From assembly GCA_001662655.1 (NCBI GenBank), contig KV460222.1: DNA of 64,000 nucleotides. One strand, 5' to 3'. Position 1 is the stretch's first letter, and each line of letters begins with the position of its first letter. The DNA comes from Pseudogymnoascus verrucosus. Its lineage: Eukaryota. Below the pieces are notes generated by a model. It did no database searches, was not told the origin of the DNA, and saw only the letters and a program-made list of their open reading frames with translations. Below are positions 12,727 to 26,031 of this stretch, one piece after another. The translations under genes were made by a program, and so were the position numbers.

Positions 12727-15700
12727 TCATGATGCCCATTTTGAAAAATCCAGCGCCCCAACCATATTTTCGTCGTCTCCATGTCGCGGCTCGTTATCAG
12801 ACTCAGCGGTGGACGGTGGTCTCGCTGGTCGATCATGATCGTTGATATTAGTTAAGAAGTTTGCCACTGATGTTCTCCGAAGAGTTGTAAAACTGTCTCT
12901 GACACTTCTTGAACTATCGGTTGTCGACGGTGCCTGTCCCTGAGGTGCAGTGCCAGGAGGCGACGTTGTTGAGGTGCTGGCGTTTTTGTACTTATCTCTT
13001 AATCGTTGTATTTCCCGATACCGGCTGCGCCATGATGAGATATACTCGCCACCATGCCTGTTGGCCCACACGAGGCAAAATACGGAAGCATTAAGTGCAA
13101 GCAAACGTATAAAGTCGGGGAGCGCTTTGAGCCTCAGGATCTTAGTTTCAGATGCGGGAGAGACTTCCGGGAATCCTTCCTTGCTCAAGACCTGAACTTT
13201 GTAGAACGAGGTGTTAGGGTCGACGCTGCTCCGATCACGGGTGGCAACAAACGAGGGTCGTGATTCTGGGGTGATAACGATGTTGACATAATTAAATTCC
13301 GACGGGAAAGTATTGAAATCGAATGGGTTGCCAGAATTGTTAAAGATTATATTGACGAAGTCATTGCCGATGTGGCGCTTTTTACCAATACACTGAGGAT
13401 CGTGCTCGAGATTGGTAGGCATCATTGTCGTAATATGGAACACCAACTCGGTTACACGGTCTCGCCAGCAAATTGTGAACTCTCCGTCTGTGTTGTTATT
13501 TCTGTCCAATCCTTGTGTATTAAAGGTCGCCTGCTGGAGCTTCGTCAGGGTGCCTAGACCGGCTAGGAGGGCCATATAATCAGTGCTGCCGCTGATGTTC
13601 GGCAATATCTCTTTCTCGGTTTTCTGTCCCGGGCCAATATAAACGATGCCCACCTTGTGACCGTCAACTGTAGAAGTGCGATCGAGACTCGAGATGGCAC
13701 GTTTGATCATGTCGTCATCTGGCAGGTGTATGGGTTGCATGGAACTAGAAGTAGGTGCAAATAGTTGCACAGGGAGATTGCTTGGGAGGAAGCAGTTCTT
13801 GTTCGGACGACTTGGGTCTCGTACACCATCAGTTGGGCTCAATATTTGATGAGCTCGCGGTGCTTCGTAGTTTTGGTGAATCATATAGTGTGAGGTGGCA
13901 GATGCCTGTCTCTTTGTGATTTGAGCCCAGCCACTTCTTGTAGCTTGTTCGACAGTAATGACACTCTGACCCACAATCCAGCGGGATTTGAGGACCTCAT
14001 CGTGATTCTTTGATGAAAATCCAGGGTCTCCTTTTGATTCGTCGACATCTGCATACGCTGTCCTGCGCATAAAGTCCAGGGTCACCTCCGCTTGCTCATC
14101 TAGCCGCTGTTTGCCAGAATCGTCTGTCCATACAAGATTTTTTGTTATCCAACTAACATGGCTTCCACGGTCTGAGACACGCAGAGACAAAAACCAGTAG
14201 GTAATGACGTGATATGCCAAAGTAAACACATATTGAGGTAGATCATTAGAAGAGTTGGTAGCACTGCTGTCCCCTTTGGTACCATCCCCTGATGCGGTTG
14301 ATGGATCCAAAGCAGAACTCGCTGGACGGCTTGAAACTGTGCTGTTCCTATTCGACATTGACTTGGAATTTTGATCCCGTACATATTGAAGGTAACGAAA
14401 GCATATCCCGAACACGGTGCGATATTCCTCGTCCCTGAAATTTGAGTAAAGATTGGGTAACCGCGCAAGGCAAGCTAAGAATTCAAGGATATGGACAGCA
14501 ACATGGGACTGCGTGATAATCTGAGACATTTTGACCAAAATGCTTCCCAAGACAAGCTTCATCGAAGCAGGAAGTTCGTGGCAGCAGATTGACAATGCAT
14601 GGATGCAGAACTTCGCTGCTCGTTCCCAAGCACCAACACCATGTATGAGCGACTTAACAAGCTCGTCCTCCTCGCTACGTGAGAAATGCTGGTGATAGCT
14701 CATAACCATAGTAAGCGCTTGGAGCACGCAGATGGCAGTATCGGATTTTCGCAGCCCCGAAGACACAGGAGGCTCATAAAAACTCCCGTTCTTGATTTGT
14801 TCGCAGAGAAGGCTTCGAAGATGTTTCACCTGAGGAACAGATCCCTTAAAAAGTGCATGGTTGGCTAATTGTGAAGGTAAGTGGACCAGGATATAGCTGT
14901 ACAGTTCCCAGTCGCATCCTTGCTGTAAAAGTCCAATGACAATTTCAAGCCATATATTGATTTTGAGGGTTTTCCGCTCCATCACATTGTGGGCGGTATT
15001 GTCGTCTAGATCTGTTTTGTTTGCATGATCATAGTCAATTGACACTAGTATAGGGCTTGCCTTGTCTGACAGCTGTTCCGGGAGGGCTGCAGGGTCTGGG
15101 GTCATCCACATCTGATGGTTGCGCTGAAGGGTGCGGCTCACACCACTGGTATTCCTTGCGGCGGAGGCAGTTGTGTACGACTGACCCGCAGAAGTACTTC
15201 GTATCCCGCGAGCATCCTCTGTTCGTGTTGACCGGCTTTGCTGAGCTTCATCAGCTGCTTGCTTCTTGGCTAATGACGCGGGCGTGCGATAGAGTAGCGT
15301 TGCTAAAGCTTCCGACTCTGTGAATGGTGTAAGGAAGATCCGGTTTGCCCAATCAGCACGGAGGCGGAGAAGCATCCTCAAGGCGGAAAGGCGGGCTTCC
15401 GTATCACAGGAACTGGATCGAACGACCCAAAGAATTTCATCGAAGGCTCGAAGGCATTTTGTTGTAGAGCTATCCATTGTTCTCATGAATATTTGAATGA
15501 TCCCTCTTGTGATAATACCGGATGGTGCCGACGGCGGAGCATGGTTCTCGAGTGCACCAGATGACCGACTAGACTGTATAGACGGGCGAGAAGCCTGCGG
15601 GAAGAGAGGGGAATTTAATCGATCGTTGCTGACACACTGGTGTAATTGCTTGATGATGAACTCAAATTCATCTTGTTCTGCAGTATCGCAAACTGTGACT

Positions 15701-17550
15701 GCAAAAGCCACAATATCATGAACGACGGCGAGATCATTCTCGTCTGCTAAGCCACTGAGAATGTCGGCGACCAAATTTTGCTTCCTGTCCGTGTCATTAT
15801 ATTCCTCCATCATTTCGACTAGGTCATAGACATCGGTGACTGCCTGGAGAGCTTGTAGTCGTGTCTCGGTCTGCCGATTTCTGTTCAGGAAGAAAGCGTC
15901 TAGTAATATTTTGATATTGAGCTCCCAGTTGCTATCCGAAGGGTAGCAGAATCGAAAGTCGATGTAATACCGAATTACCAACTTAGCACATGAATCGGGT
16001 ATGTGGACTGATACCCTCGAGAAGAACAAAATGCAACTCTCCCGTTGCATGAAGTCGTCGGGCTCCATTGATAGGAGAAGGTGCTCGACCCTGGTTATTA
16101 GCTCATAAAATGTTTGAGCAATGCCAGTCGTGATATGAGTGGAGCTATCGGTCGTCGACGACGCAGACGAAGACGAGTTGAATTGCTGCGTGGCCTTGTT
16201 TATAACCTTGCCGTCTGATGTTTCCAATGCACGAACAGCGCATTTAGACACTATGTCGAACAGTTTGGTCCAGTCTTCCTCCAATATACTCGAATTTAAT
16301 GAAGCCTCGTCCTCGCCAAATAGAGATAAAATAAGATGCATTATGTCTTGATCTACCTTGGGTTGGTCAACAGCCAACGACATGGAGAGCGCATCCATGA
16401 GAAGGCCAAACGGCACAGGCGGATAACCTCCTTCTCCGCATTTGGCTATGATTCTCTCTAGGACGGAGAGTGACCCGCGAACCTCTCGGACAACCGCCTG
16501 CGATTTTTTTTGGTTCGTGTCCGGACGGCGAAGGACGTCGAGAAGGATCCAAATTGTGGTATGGCCATTGTGAGACCTGCATAGATTCCCAATCGTATGC
16601 CATGCGTCCCGCCTGATATCTCGAACCATAAAGTGTACAGAGCAGAGCACCGACACAAAATCCTTCAGTTTATCGCTTGGGATTGCGCCGTATGTTACAA
16701 TTGCATCCAGCATTCGCACACAAGCGCGAATTTCGTTTGGAAATGTCGCATGGACCGCGATGTAGATTATCTCGTCGATGAGAGCTCCGGTTTCTTCATC
16801 ATCTGAGACATTGAAGCTGAATTTGATGACATTGACAATCAAATTGAAAAGCTGGTGGATATTCGTCTCCTCGCCCAAAGGCACCTTGGTTTGAGTGGAT
16901 TTGTTGGACGATTGCCTTGGTAATTTGCGTGCACGTTCGAATGCTTCGAAGGACATCCGTAGCCACCGAGTAAGGAGTGGGATTGCATCATAATGAAACC
17001 CCGAGAGGTCTTTCCCATTATTTGCCAGCTCAGTCACAGCAGCAAGCTGCAGATGGTAATCATCTGGGTGTAGCGGTGCCGTTAATGTGTTGAAATACTC
17101 CTTCCTCTCCAAATCTGTCGCAGAACTATGCTTTACACATGCTGTTAAGAGTTCAAACCCAGTGCGGCGAACGTCGGCGGGGTTTTCAGGAGATATGAGG
17201 TCCTTCGCTGCGTACCATATGCTGGTAACACCGCTCAGAGGATAGTCCGAGACGGCAAGTCGGAGAGCATCTGCCGCCGCAAGCCTATCCGCAAAAGAGT
17301 TGTCTGGCTTCAGCTTCTCATACAAGTCCTCATACTCCGACGGGCCGCCATAGATGGCCCCCCTCGATGTATCCGGCCCATTCAACTGTTGCGCAAGCTG
17401 AACTGTCGCAACCGGTATCGAAGAGGGGGAGTAGGGCGACGACGGAAGGCCTCTGTTCGTCTTCTGCCCAGTCAAGGTTTTGAAGACTCCTGCAAGACCC
17501 GTACTCTTCGGTTCTGGAGTCTGCGCTACGTGCCCGGAGGGTGGAGGCAT
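12727..17550 (-). CDS. TSC2: Tuberin (TSC2), Rheb GTPase-activating protein
   Basis: 1607-aa uninterrupted ORF. C-terminal Rap-GAP-type domain (HKVGIVYIG, FHITTMMP, KKRHIGNDFVNIIFN) and central tuberin domain (DWELYSYILVHLP, ILEFLACL). Confidence 0.95.
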   Translation of the reverse strand: MPPPSGHVAQTPEPKSTGLAGVFKTLTGQKTNRGLPSSPYSPSSIPVATVQLAQQLNGPDTSRGAIYGGPSEYEDLYEKLKPDNSFADRLAAADALRLAVSDYPLSGVTSIWYAAKDLISPENPADVRRTGFELLTACVKHSSATDLERKEYFNTLTAPLHPDDYHLQLAAVTELANNGKDLSGFHYDAIPLLTRWLRMSFEAFERARKLPRQSSNKSTQTKVPLGEETNIHQLFNLIVNVIKFSFNVSDDEETGALIDEIIYIAVHATFPNEIRACVRMLDAIVTYGAIPSDKLKDFVSVLCSVHFMVRDIRRDAWHTIGNLCRSHNGHTTIWILLDVLRRPDTNQKKSQAVVREVRGSLSVLERIIAKCGEGGYPPVPFGLLMDALSMSLAVDQPKVDQDIMHLILSLFGEDEASLNSSILEEDWTKLFDIVSKCAVRALETSDGKVINKATQQFNSSSSASSTTDSSTHITTGIAQTFYELITRVEHLLLSMEPDDFMQRESCILFFSRVSVHIPDSCAKLVIRYYIDFRFCYPSDSNWELNIKILLDAFFLNRNRQTETRLQALQAVTDVYDLVEMMEEYNDTDRKQNLVADILSGLADENDLAVVHDIVAFAVTVCDTAEQDEFEFIIKQLHQCVSNDRLNSPLFPQASRPSIQSSRSSGALENHAPPSAPSGIITRGIIQIFMRTMDSSTTKCLRAFDEILWVVRSSSCDTEARLSALRMLLRLRADWANRIFLTPFTESEALATLLYRTPASLAKKQAADEAQQSRSTRTEDARGIRSTSAGQSYTTASAARNTSGVSRTLQRNHQMWMTPDPAALPEQLSDKASPILVSIDYDHANKTDLDDNTAHNVMERKTLKINIWLEIVIGLLQQGCDWELYSYILVHLPSQLANHALFKGSVPQVKHLRSLLCEQIKNGSFYEPPVSSGLRKSDTAICVLQALTMVMSYHQHFSRSEEDELVKSLIHGVGAWERAAKFCIHALSICCHELPASMKLVLGSILVKMSQIITQSHVAVHILEFLACLARLPNLYSNFRDEEYRTVFGICFRYLQYVRDQNSKSMSNRNSTVSSRPASSALDPSTASGDGTKGDSSATNSSNDLPQYVFTLAYHVITYWFLSLRVSDRGSHVSWITKNLVWTDDSGKQRLDEQAEVTLDFMRRTAYADVDESKGDPGFSSKNHDEVLKSRWIVGQSVITVEQATRSGWAQITKRQASATSHYMIHQNYEAPRAHQILSPTDGVRDPSRPNKNCFLPSNLPVQLFAPTSSSMQPIHLPDDDMIKRAISSLDRTSTVDGHKVGIVYIGPGQKTEKEILPNISGSTDYMALLAGLGTLTKLQQATFNTQGLDRNNNTDGEFTICWRDRVTELVFHITTMMPTNLEHDPQCIGKKRHIGNDFVNIIFNNSGNPFDFNTFPSEFNYVNIVITPESRPSFVATRDRSSVDPNTSFYKVQVLSKEGFPEVSPASETKILRLKALPDFIRLLALNASVFCLVWANRHGGEYISSWRSRYREIQRLRDKYKNASTSTTSPPGTAPQGQAPSTTDSSRSVRDSFTTLRRTSVANFLTNINDHDRPARPPSTAESDNEPRHGDDENMVGALDFSKWAS

Positions 17551-18360
17551 AAGATCCTGCTATCGGACTTCCGGCGAGACGGTGATATCTGTAATGGTTG
17601 AAGGTCAGCCACAAGCTCTTTAGCTTGAGCGCATCCGCCTTCGTCCCAGCGACTGGTGCGTGCCGCTGGCAATGTAGCTTGACTTGGGCGACGACTAGTG
17701 CTGCGTACATACACTCGTACATACACTCGCCAGGCAAGGCTCAACCAAATAACGCGAAAGGACGGGCTGTCGGGACTTACCACAGAATGGCCGAGACACA
17801 TGAGTGCGCGTCAGAATTGGTAGGTATGAAGCTTTTATAAGCACGACATTGATGTTGAAAAGATAAGGATGCGAAGCGGGGATAAGAGGCCAGTCCTGGT
17901 CTCATTTCACAAGGGTCGGCAAAAGAGCTTATCTACTGTGTACTCTATAGATAAGGTAAGGTCACTTTGAAGGGAATAAGGAAACATGACGATCTCAAAG
18001 AAGAAGCTATAAAAATAGTACAGTAAAAGGGGTTATACCTTGTCGACGATCATAAAATTATGCCAATTCAAAACCGCACTCTCTCACCCCGACTAGACAT
18101 GGTTCCAATTTGAAAGCTATTTTCTTAGTAGCTGTGTAACCCTGACGATGCACGATCATCGACCAAAATGTCGAGATCTCTCAATATGTGGCTTAGTCAT
18201 CCAACCGGAAAAATTAGTTTATCCGACGTTGCTGCCCGCACTCTGGTTGCCGCTGTTTGTGTTTAGTTTCGAGAGAAGCGGAAGCATACAAATATAACAA
18301 CTGTGCTTGTTGAACTATTCCCAGCCCATTCAACAACGTATATTCCTGAATATACTTAAC

Positions 18361-21300
18361 ATGGATGCTGAACTTCAGACAGTTGCGCAGCTTCTCCAAG
18401 CTACTTTGGATCCGCGCCAGCATAAACAAGGTGCATATGTCTATCTCTATCGCTGCCTATTATATGCTGACTATGACAAGCTGAGGCGGAGCTGTTGAAA
18501 ATACAGCAGGAGAAGCCGGCATTTTCGTTATCACTCTTGCAGATAGTAGCTTCTGAGTCTTTCCCTTTGAACACCAGACTATCAAGTGCTTTGTGCTTCA
18601 AGAACTACATCCGTTTCAACTATGTGGTAAGTTCAGTGTCCCGTTTGCAAAAGGCCATTCTGACAATTCATTTCAGGACGAGGAAGGTCGATACAAGCTT
18701 CCTGAATCAACAGTAGTTACGATTAAAAGTGAGCTTATTGGACTTATGATAAGAGTGCCGTCATCCATACAAGCACAGCTTGGGGAAGCGATCAGTTTGA
18801 TTGCGGATTCAGACTTCTGGCAGCGTTGGGATACGCTTGTCGATGTAAGTTTTGCCCACGCCCGCATATAAGTCGATTGATTCTAACTCCGACTAGGATC
18901 TTGTTTCTCGCCTGACACCTGATAACGCAAAGGTCAACAATGGAGTCTTGGAGGTTGCACACTCGATCTTCCGGCGCTGGCGGCCGCTTTTCCGCTCAGA
19001 CGACCTCTTTGCGGAGATCAACCATGTTCTGGGGAAGTTCGCGGAACCGTTCTTACAACTACTTGTGGTATGACTTCAATCTCCAAATAAAATTTATAAG
19101 AGTGATAATCTAAGGCGATAATCTCATGACAGAGCACCGATAGGCAGATCGAGGCCAACAAAGACAATGCAGCTGCATTAAAGGAGAATTTTGCAACTAT
19201 GAACCTTTTGGTGAAGCTTTTCTACGACCTGTCGTGCCAGGATCTCCCACCAGCTTTCGAGGACAACATCCAGTCTATTACCACGCTACTACAGAAATAT
19301 CTCACTTACGATAACCCCCACCTACACACGGATGACGATACCGAAGCTGGGCCACTCGAGTTTGTGAAGACAGATATTTGCGAAGTTTTGGTGCTGTACG
19401 TCCAGAAGTACGAAGATGCTTTTGGAGAGCTCCTTCAACCATTCATTACCAGTGTGTGGAACCTTCTCACCACCATCGGCCAAGAAACGAAATACGACCT
19501 TGTTATCAGCAAAGGCCTGCACTTCTTAACTGCCGTTTGTGGGATAAAGAAACACGCAGAGAACTTCAACAACGAGGGTGTACTTGAACAAGTTGTTGAG
19601 AAAGCTATACTTCCTAGTGTAAGCCTAAGAGAATCCGATATTGAGCAATTCGAAGATGAGCCGATTGAGTACATTCGCAAAAATCTCGAGGGCTCAGATA
19701 TTGACACGAGGAGGAGAGCAGCGACAGAATTCCTGAGGACTCTCCTGGGCCATTTTGAACCTCTCCTTACCAAGGTTGTTGGGAAATACGTCGAGCATTA
19801 CTTTGCGAAGTATGCCCAAGACCCCAAAAATGAGTGGCGCTCTAAAGACGCCGCCATTTATTTATTCTCTGCTATTGCAGCGAGAGGAGCATCAACTTCT
19901 AGCCATGGAGTTAAGACAACGAATCAGCTGTTGAATGTAGTGGAGTTCTTCCAGAATAACATCGCAAGCGATCTCTTGAATTCCGAGGGTGTCGAGCCAA
20001 TCCTGAAAGTGGATGCCATCAATTACCTTTATACCTTCAGAAGCCAGTTGACGCACGAACAGTGGCAGGCTGCATTCCCGCCTCTTGTCCAGAACCTGGC
20101 TTCCCCCAATTATGTCGTTTACACTTATGCTTCGATTGCTGTGGAGCGGGTGTTAAGCTTGGTGGATGACTCTGGAAAGCACGTATTTGGCAAAGATCAA
20201 GTTCAGCCATATGCGAAAGACCTTGTGGAGCACTTGTTCCATCTGATTGAGAAGGATGCGGCACCAGAAAAGATACAGGAGAATGAATTCTTGATGCGCT
20301 GTGTTATGAGAGTGTTGATCGTCATTAGAGAAGGCGTGATTCCAATCACAGACACCGTTCTTCAGCATCTCATCAACATTACTGAGATCATCAGCCGAAA
20401 CCCCAGCAACCCGCGATTCTACTACTACCACTTTGAAGCTCTGGGCGCTTTAATCAGATATGGTGCTCCTTCGCAGCCAGAAAGGTTTGAGGAAGCATTG
20501 TACGCGCCATTTGCCGGAATCCTAACGAACGACGTTGAGGAATTCAAGCCATACGTATTCCAATTGTTTGCCGCACTTTTGGAATCGAGACCTTCGGAGG
20601 CTCTTTCTGAATACTACAAAGCCCTCATTACTCCAATTCTTATGCCGGATCTATGGGTATCCAAGGGAAACGTACCAGCTCTGTCTCGCCTCTTGTGCTC
20701 CATTATCCCTCGTGGCGCTCAGGATATTGTGGCCAACAACCAAGTCGAGGCGGTCCTTGGAGTATTCCAGAATCTTATAACTAAGAAAGCCAAACTTGAG
20801 TCATATGCATTCGACATTTTGGAGAGCGTTATTTCAACCTTCAACGGGTACGTTACTTTGCTTCTAAATTTTGAGGTTTGAAATTCTGCTAACATATAAC
20901 CTTCCAGCCAAACCCTGGTCACATACTTCCCCGCCATTCTTCAACTCGTCTACTCGCGCCTATCAGCGCCGAATGTGACTGACGCATTCAAGCTTCGATT
21001 CGTGCGATTCTATCACCACGTCTCTGCTCTCAACGACCCCAAACATGGATTCGGCGCAGATTATTTCATCGCCGCATCCGACAGCATCCAAGGCGATGCA
21101 TACGTCCCTCTCTACCTCACCATCATCCTCCCATTCACGCAGCAACTTGCCAAGCCGATTGACCGCAAGACAGCTGCCATCTCTCTCACAAAGACGCTCA
21201 CCGATTCGGATAAGTTTGCCTCGAAATACATTAAAGGCTGGACTCTTACCGCAGGGACACTCATCAATCTTATGGTGAATGCGCCAATGCCAGTGGCGGA

Positions 21301-21550
21301 TGACGCAGTTGTCGTGGAGCAGGATGTTGACGATCTGACCTTCGGCGTCGGCTTTACGCAGCTGAATACCTGTCGCCGCCAACCGAAGGACGCCTGGCCT
21401 GAGATGACGGATATCAAGACCTGGGTCGCGCAGTACTATCGTGCCGGCGGACAGCAGGGAAGCGGAGTCGATGCAGCAACGCTGGCCGGCTGGGTTAACG
21501 AGAGGTTGAACGATGAGCTGCGCACTGCCTTTACGGCCTGCCTCAGCTGA
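18361..21550 (+). CDS. CSE1: Importin-alpha re-exporter Cse1/CAS (multi-exon)
   Basis: IBN_N-type start, QLGEAISLIADSDF, FYDLSCQDLP, FEDEPIEYIRKNLEGSDIDTRRRAA, ENEFLMRCVMR, GNVPAL. Several short GT-AG introns. Confidence 0.95.
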
Positions 21551-22029
21551 GCTAGCAGAATGGAGATGGCCGTAGGCGGCATTTTTCAGGAGTATAAAAG
21601 GATAGGGGAGGTGATGTCTGACGACATTTGGCGGGCTTATGGGGAAATCCGGCCAGGGGAGGGAAGGGGCACTACAAGTGTAGAAGGATGGATTTCGAGC
21701 TCGGTATTTAGTTAGAATTATGGCAACGATGATACCACGTGTTGTTCGAACCTGAGATATCTTTGATGCAACTCCGATTTCATTTTGAAGTGCCTCCCCG
21801 ATGTTGTCGAGAGATATAGTGCTAGGGCTCGCACCTAATATTGTGCATGCAGACTGGACTGTGAGCTAAGATCAGATGCTACTTTGTCTTCTTAAATTGT
21901 CTCATTTCCCATCCATATCTATAAGTAACCCACAACACGTCCTATGTAACTAAATACAGTACAGTATATACTCCTACACCAGCAACCCCAGGGTATCTAT
22001 CCAATACAACCCAATGCACCTCCTCAACC

Positions 22030-23337
22030 CTAGCTCGTGCTCACCCCCTCAGCCGCCAATATAGCCTCCTCTGTCTGTGTCCCTGCCTCCCTCTGCTTCT
22101 CCGCCGCCTGTCGCTGCAGCTCCTCCTTTCTCTCGGCCTTTTGTAACGCCAGAGCGGCCTCCTGGCTGCGATAGCTCGCGAGCCTCAGACTCGAAAGCAC
22201 GACGAAAGCCATGAAGACGATAGCCAGAACGGCGCGGCGTGTCAGGATCCAGCGTACGCCCTCGACCTCGGACTTGGTGTCACTGTTGAGCGCGACCGTA
22301 ATCTTGTAGCTGAGTTCCTGGATCTACGATGGGTTATTAAATGTACTGCCCGGGTGGGTGGGGGTGCGTGGATGAGTGGAAACACATACCTGGCTCTCCA
22401 TATTCGAGTGCTCCATCCGCACCTCCATCTTGCGATCATTGAACATCTCCTTCAACTCATCCTTCAGCGTCGCCAAATCCTGCGTCATCTTCTGGTTTAG
22501 GATATCCGCCTCATTCTGCAGCATTGTGCGTCGCAGCCGCATCCCCTCCGCGCTCGCCTTGCGCGCATTCTGGATTTCGGTTCGCAGCTCCGAACACGCC
22601 GCTTGGAAGAGGTATGTCTCATTCTCCACGTCGCTCTTGCTCACCAGCCCGTCTTTGGCCATGTCCAGGTTGGCTGTGAGCAGTGCTCGCACGATCTTCA
22701 TCGTCTCCACGCTCTGTGTGGAGGTGAAACCCCCTTCGGCGATCCGCTGTGTCAAAGTATAGGAGTCGAAATGATGCACGTATGGCGCGGGCGCGAGGTG
22801 CGGGAGGCTGCCGATGAGGCTCTCGAGCGGGGGATCCATGTGCAGGACTGAGTCTGTAGGAGCGGTGTCGCGATTGGCATTCGGATCTGGTGCGTCATCG
22901 GTGGTTTGCACAGGATTGTCCCTGTACTTGTCGGTCTCCACCTCCGCCTTCTCCTCCACTACCGGCGTCGGCGCTGCCGTCGCATCGCCCTTTTCCCTCG
23001 CTGCATCCGCAGCTGAGATACCCCCCTCCGCAATCGCATCGCCAGTATCATTCTCAGCAGCCCTCTCCGCCTGGCTCGTTACCCGTCCCTCACCCTCACT
23101 GCTCTCCTCGACCTTGTCCTCCCTCCCCTCCTTCTCCCCTTCAACAATCGGCTCAACACCTTTCCCCCTCCTCTCCGCGAACTTTGCCCCTCCCCCTGCC
23201 GTCCCCGCAAACCCCGCTCTCCTCTGCCTCCCCGAATGCGCGCATTGGCGCACAGCAGCGCCAGGCCCCGGACACTCGGCGCGGCGCACGGCGCGGAAGA
23301 GATGCGGGTATAGGAATGTGAGGCGCATGGTCGACAT
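22030..23337 (-). CDS. DUF1640 (CCDC90/MCUR1-like) coiled-coil protein, probably mitochondrial (1 intron ~22389-22325)
   Basis: Arg-rich presequence-like N-terminus, HHFDSYTL...GGFT...ENETYLFQAACSELRTE, coiled coil and a C-terminal TM segment. Confidence 0.85.
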
Positions 23338-24706
23338 TGTGGGTGTGTCGGATGGGTTGCAGCTGCAACTTGCGCTCGTGCGTGTGTGCGGGCTGTGAGG
23401 TGGTGGATTGGATCTTGGAGCTGGTCAGCGAGTATGCAAGGAAGCTTTATGGTGGGACGGGTGGACGAGGCCGCCGGGGAAGGGGCAATGATGTTCCAGG
23501 TGTGGGGTAGACACGTGATGGGGATAACCCGCCCTCATTCTTTTAGGTATAGTGGAATTTGAAATAAGAATCCCCGATTACTTCAATACTTAGTTTCTAA
23601 AGTAGAAATGGTTGCTATTACATAATGAGACAATGAGGCTACGAACAGCAACCTTCACCCAGTTACCTAGAAGGCGATTATAGGCCTACGGCCTCTATTT
23701 ATTCCTGACCCTGTGGCTAACTAACGGTAACGCTACCCGATTGGTTAGTATCGATAAATCCAATAAGCCTCATATAGCGCCCTACATGCATATTACACGG
23801 CTCCTCTCATTACTGGCTAGCCTTGCCTCGCAGCCGCCAACCCTTGAATTAAATACATCTGGCCTACAGTTAACATGTAGCTGGTTATATCGAGAACATG
23901 TATATCTTGAGATACCCGGAGCCATTCTCTATTGTCCCTGACCTCTAGTGCTGACCTACTTGCAGTGTAGGCTGTGCTGTTATCTCGTGTCAAAATTTAT
24001 CATCTAGACTCTTGCCGTTACACTCATAACATGTCTAGCTCAGGTGATAAATACGATACAGTGGGCATCGAAGGAATCCGTGTAAGGAAGAGGTAGATCT
24101 TGTAGTAGAGCAGGTTATAGCAGTGCGGCCACAGTGCTGTACTTATACACTGCATTAAAACCAGGTGTACTCGTTGATACAAATTAGGGGAGTATGATAC
24201 AAGGCCTCATTGCGGATGCCCATATCAAGGGTCTTGCGCGTGGCTTCACTGCCTAGAGCTGCCAGCTCATACTACGTGCATGTCGCATACAACTGACAGC
24301 ATATGTCCGCCAGCCTTCTCGTTTAACGTCTGCCATTGCTCTTCATGCCGAGGCAGCTGATACTTATACACGTGTTGGTAAGTATCCAAATATCTCTCAC
24401 GAGTAACACTATCGCCTCAAGGGAGAGAATGGCTGACTGGCTACAATGGATCAACAGTCGTTGCCGACGATCGCCTATCGGTTCATTTTACAGAGGGTGA
24501 GGAATTGTTCCCTGGCCCAATCGACGTCGTCTTCGCCATTGCCCTCCAAAAATCAAGCAAGTGACCGAGGGCACAGTCACTGTAAATATCACCACCCCTC
24601 TCAGTTTCTAGACGACAGTAGAGAACCATCTATGAGGATGAGTTACATGTTTAGTTTATGAGTCTTTAGCAACGACTTTAAATATCATATACTCTAACAC
24701 TTCTAC

Positions 24707-25890
24707 CTACAATCCCAAGACGCAATGAATACCCGCGATCACATTTTGAACAAACCGCTGGCTATCACTCAAACAGGAAAAGATCCAGAAGTAATGAGGA
24801 TATCCCTCATAATAATCGGACCACACCTTCACGCCTGCGTTCCTCAAGGCGATCTCCATCACTTTTCCGTCGCCACAAAGGGGATCGAATTCGCACGTAG
24901 CGAGATAGGTCGGAGGGAAAGACGGCAAATTTTTACTCAAAGCAGGGAATTGAACAGGGTCGGCTGGGTCACTGTCGATAGCGTCTGCGAGATATCAGCA
25001 TCCAATATATACCTAGGGAGATGTGGAAGCTCACGATAGAAAGTCTTCATCGTCTTCCTGTTTATGACAGGAGTGTCCTCAACATTGTCGTTGGTCGCAG
25101 TGTACGCGGAAACATATTCTTCTGGGATGTTTGAGGGGTGTAAGGTGGCTGGCACTAAAGCGACAATGCCAGAAATCTGGCTTCTTTTACCATCTGCTAT
25201 TAACCTCTCGGCGATGCCGAAGGAGAGTGCTCCTCCTGCAGACCCTCCCAAAGCGAAGTATCTGGTCTGATCTCCTCCTAGTTCGCTCGCCGCATTCCAC
25301 GCCTGTGCCATATCAATCGTCAGCATCTCCAACCCATAGGGACGACTATATAACAGTACTGACCCACTCCCATGCGGCGATGCAATCGTCTATCATGGTA
25401 GGCATTTTGTTCTTGGGTCCCAAACGATAATCGATTGAGACCACGATGCAGGGGGAGAACTGGGAAATGGCTCGGCATAAAGAATCCTCTGCCTCCAGAT
25501 CCCCCAAGCACCACCCCCCTCCATGGCTGTAAAGGCAGACCGGCAACTTACCAGCTGCAGACGATCCTTCAGGTTTATAGACACGTACCATCGGGCCGTC
25601 TTTGACTTTATGATCCGCTGATTGCTTTTAGTCTTGGTTCATCCTTCATTATCCTGTGTTGCACGTACTAGCAGCCACCACTGAAGGATCTTGAGGCGGC
25701 AATTGACTTTTAGCCAAGGCTACAATAGTGTCATATTGCCCGACCATATCTTCGATGCTTCCGTTGAGTACTGGACGCATTCCCAGGGCTTTCTCAAACT
25801 TGCCATTGAGTATAAGTTAGCTCCTTCTCTATATAAAAGCAAAATCTGGTAAAACAGTACCTCGAGCCACTCGGGATTATATGTTGCCAT
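24707..25890 (-). CDS. HSL-family alpha/beta hydrolase (esterase/lipase), 5 exons
   Basis: HGGG oxyanion motif, nucleophile GGSAGG, DPL and GYPHYF catalytic Asp/His motifs. Start MATYNPEWLE at 25890. Confidence 0.9.
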
Positions 25891-26016
25891 TTTGATGTTG
25901 ACTTTAAGTGAGATCTGAGTGGGTTGTAGTAAGGAGACAAGGTTGTATAATCGCCTAGGTGTTCTTCACTTCAACTTATACTTTAGCATACAGAACTGCA
26001 GGGCCAGATATGATTG

Positions 26017-26031
26017 TGTGCGATTCGCACA
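26017..26031. promoter_or_regulatory. Palindrome TGTGCGA-T-TCGCACA upstream of the esterase
   Basis: Perfect 7+7 inverted repeat ~127 bp upstream of the esterase ATG; extra half-site TGTGCGAC at 26056-26063. Confidence 0.7.

Noticed and set aside
23977..24031. TGTTAT...ATAACA, resembling LTR termini
   Set aside because: Only ~55 bp, no clean target-site duplication, and no partner copy in the window.
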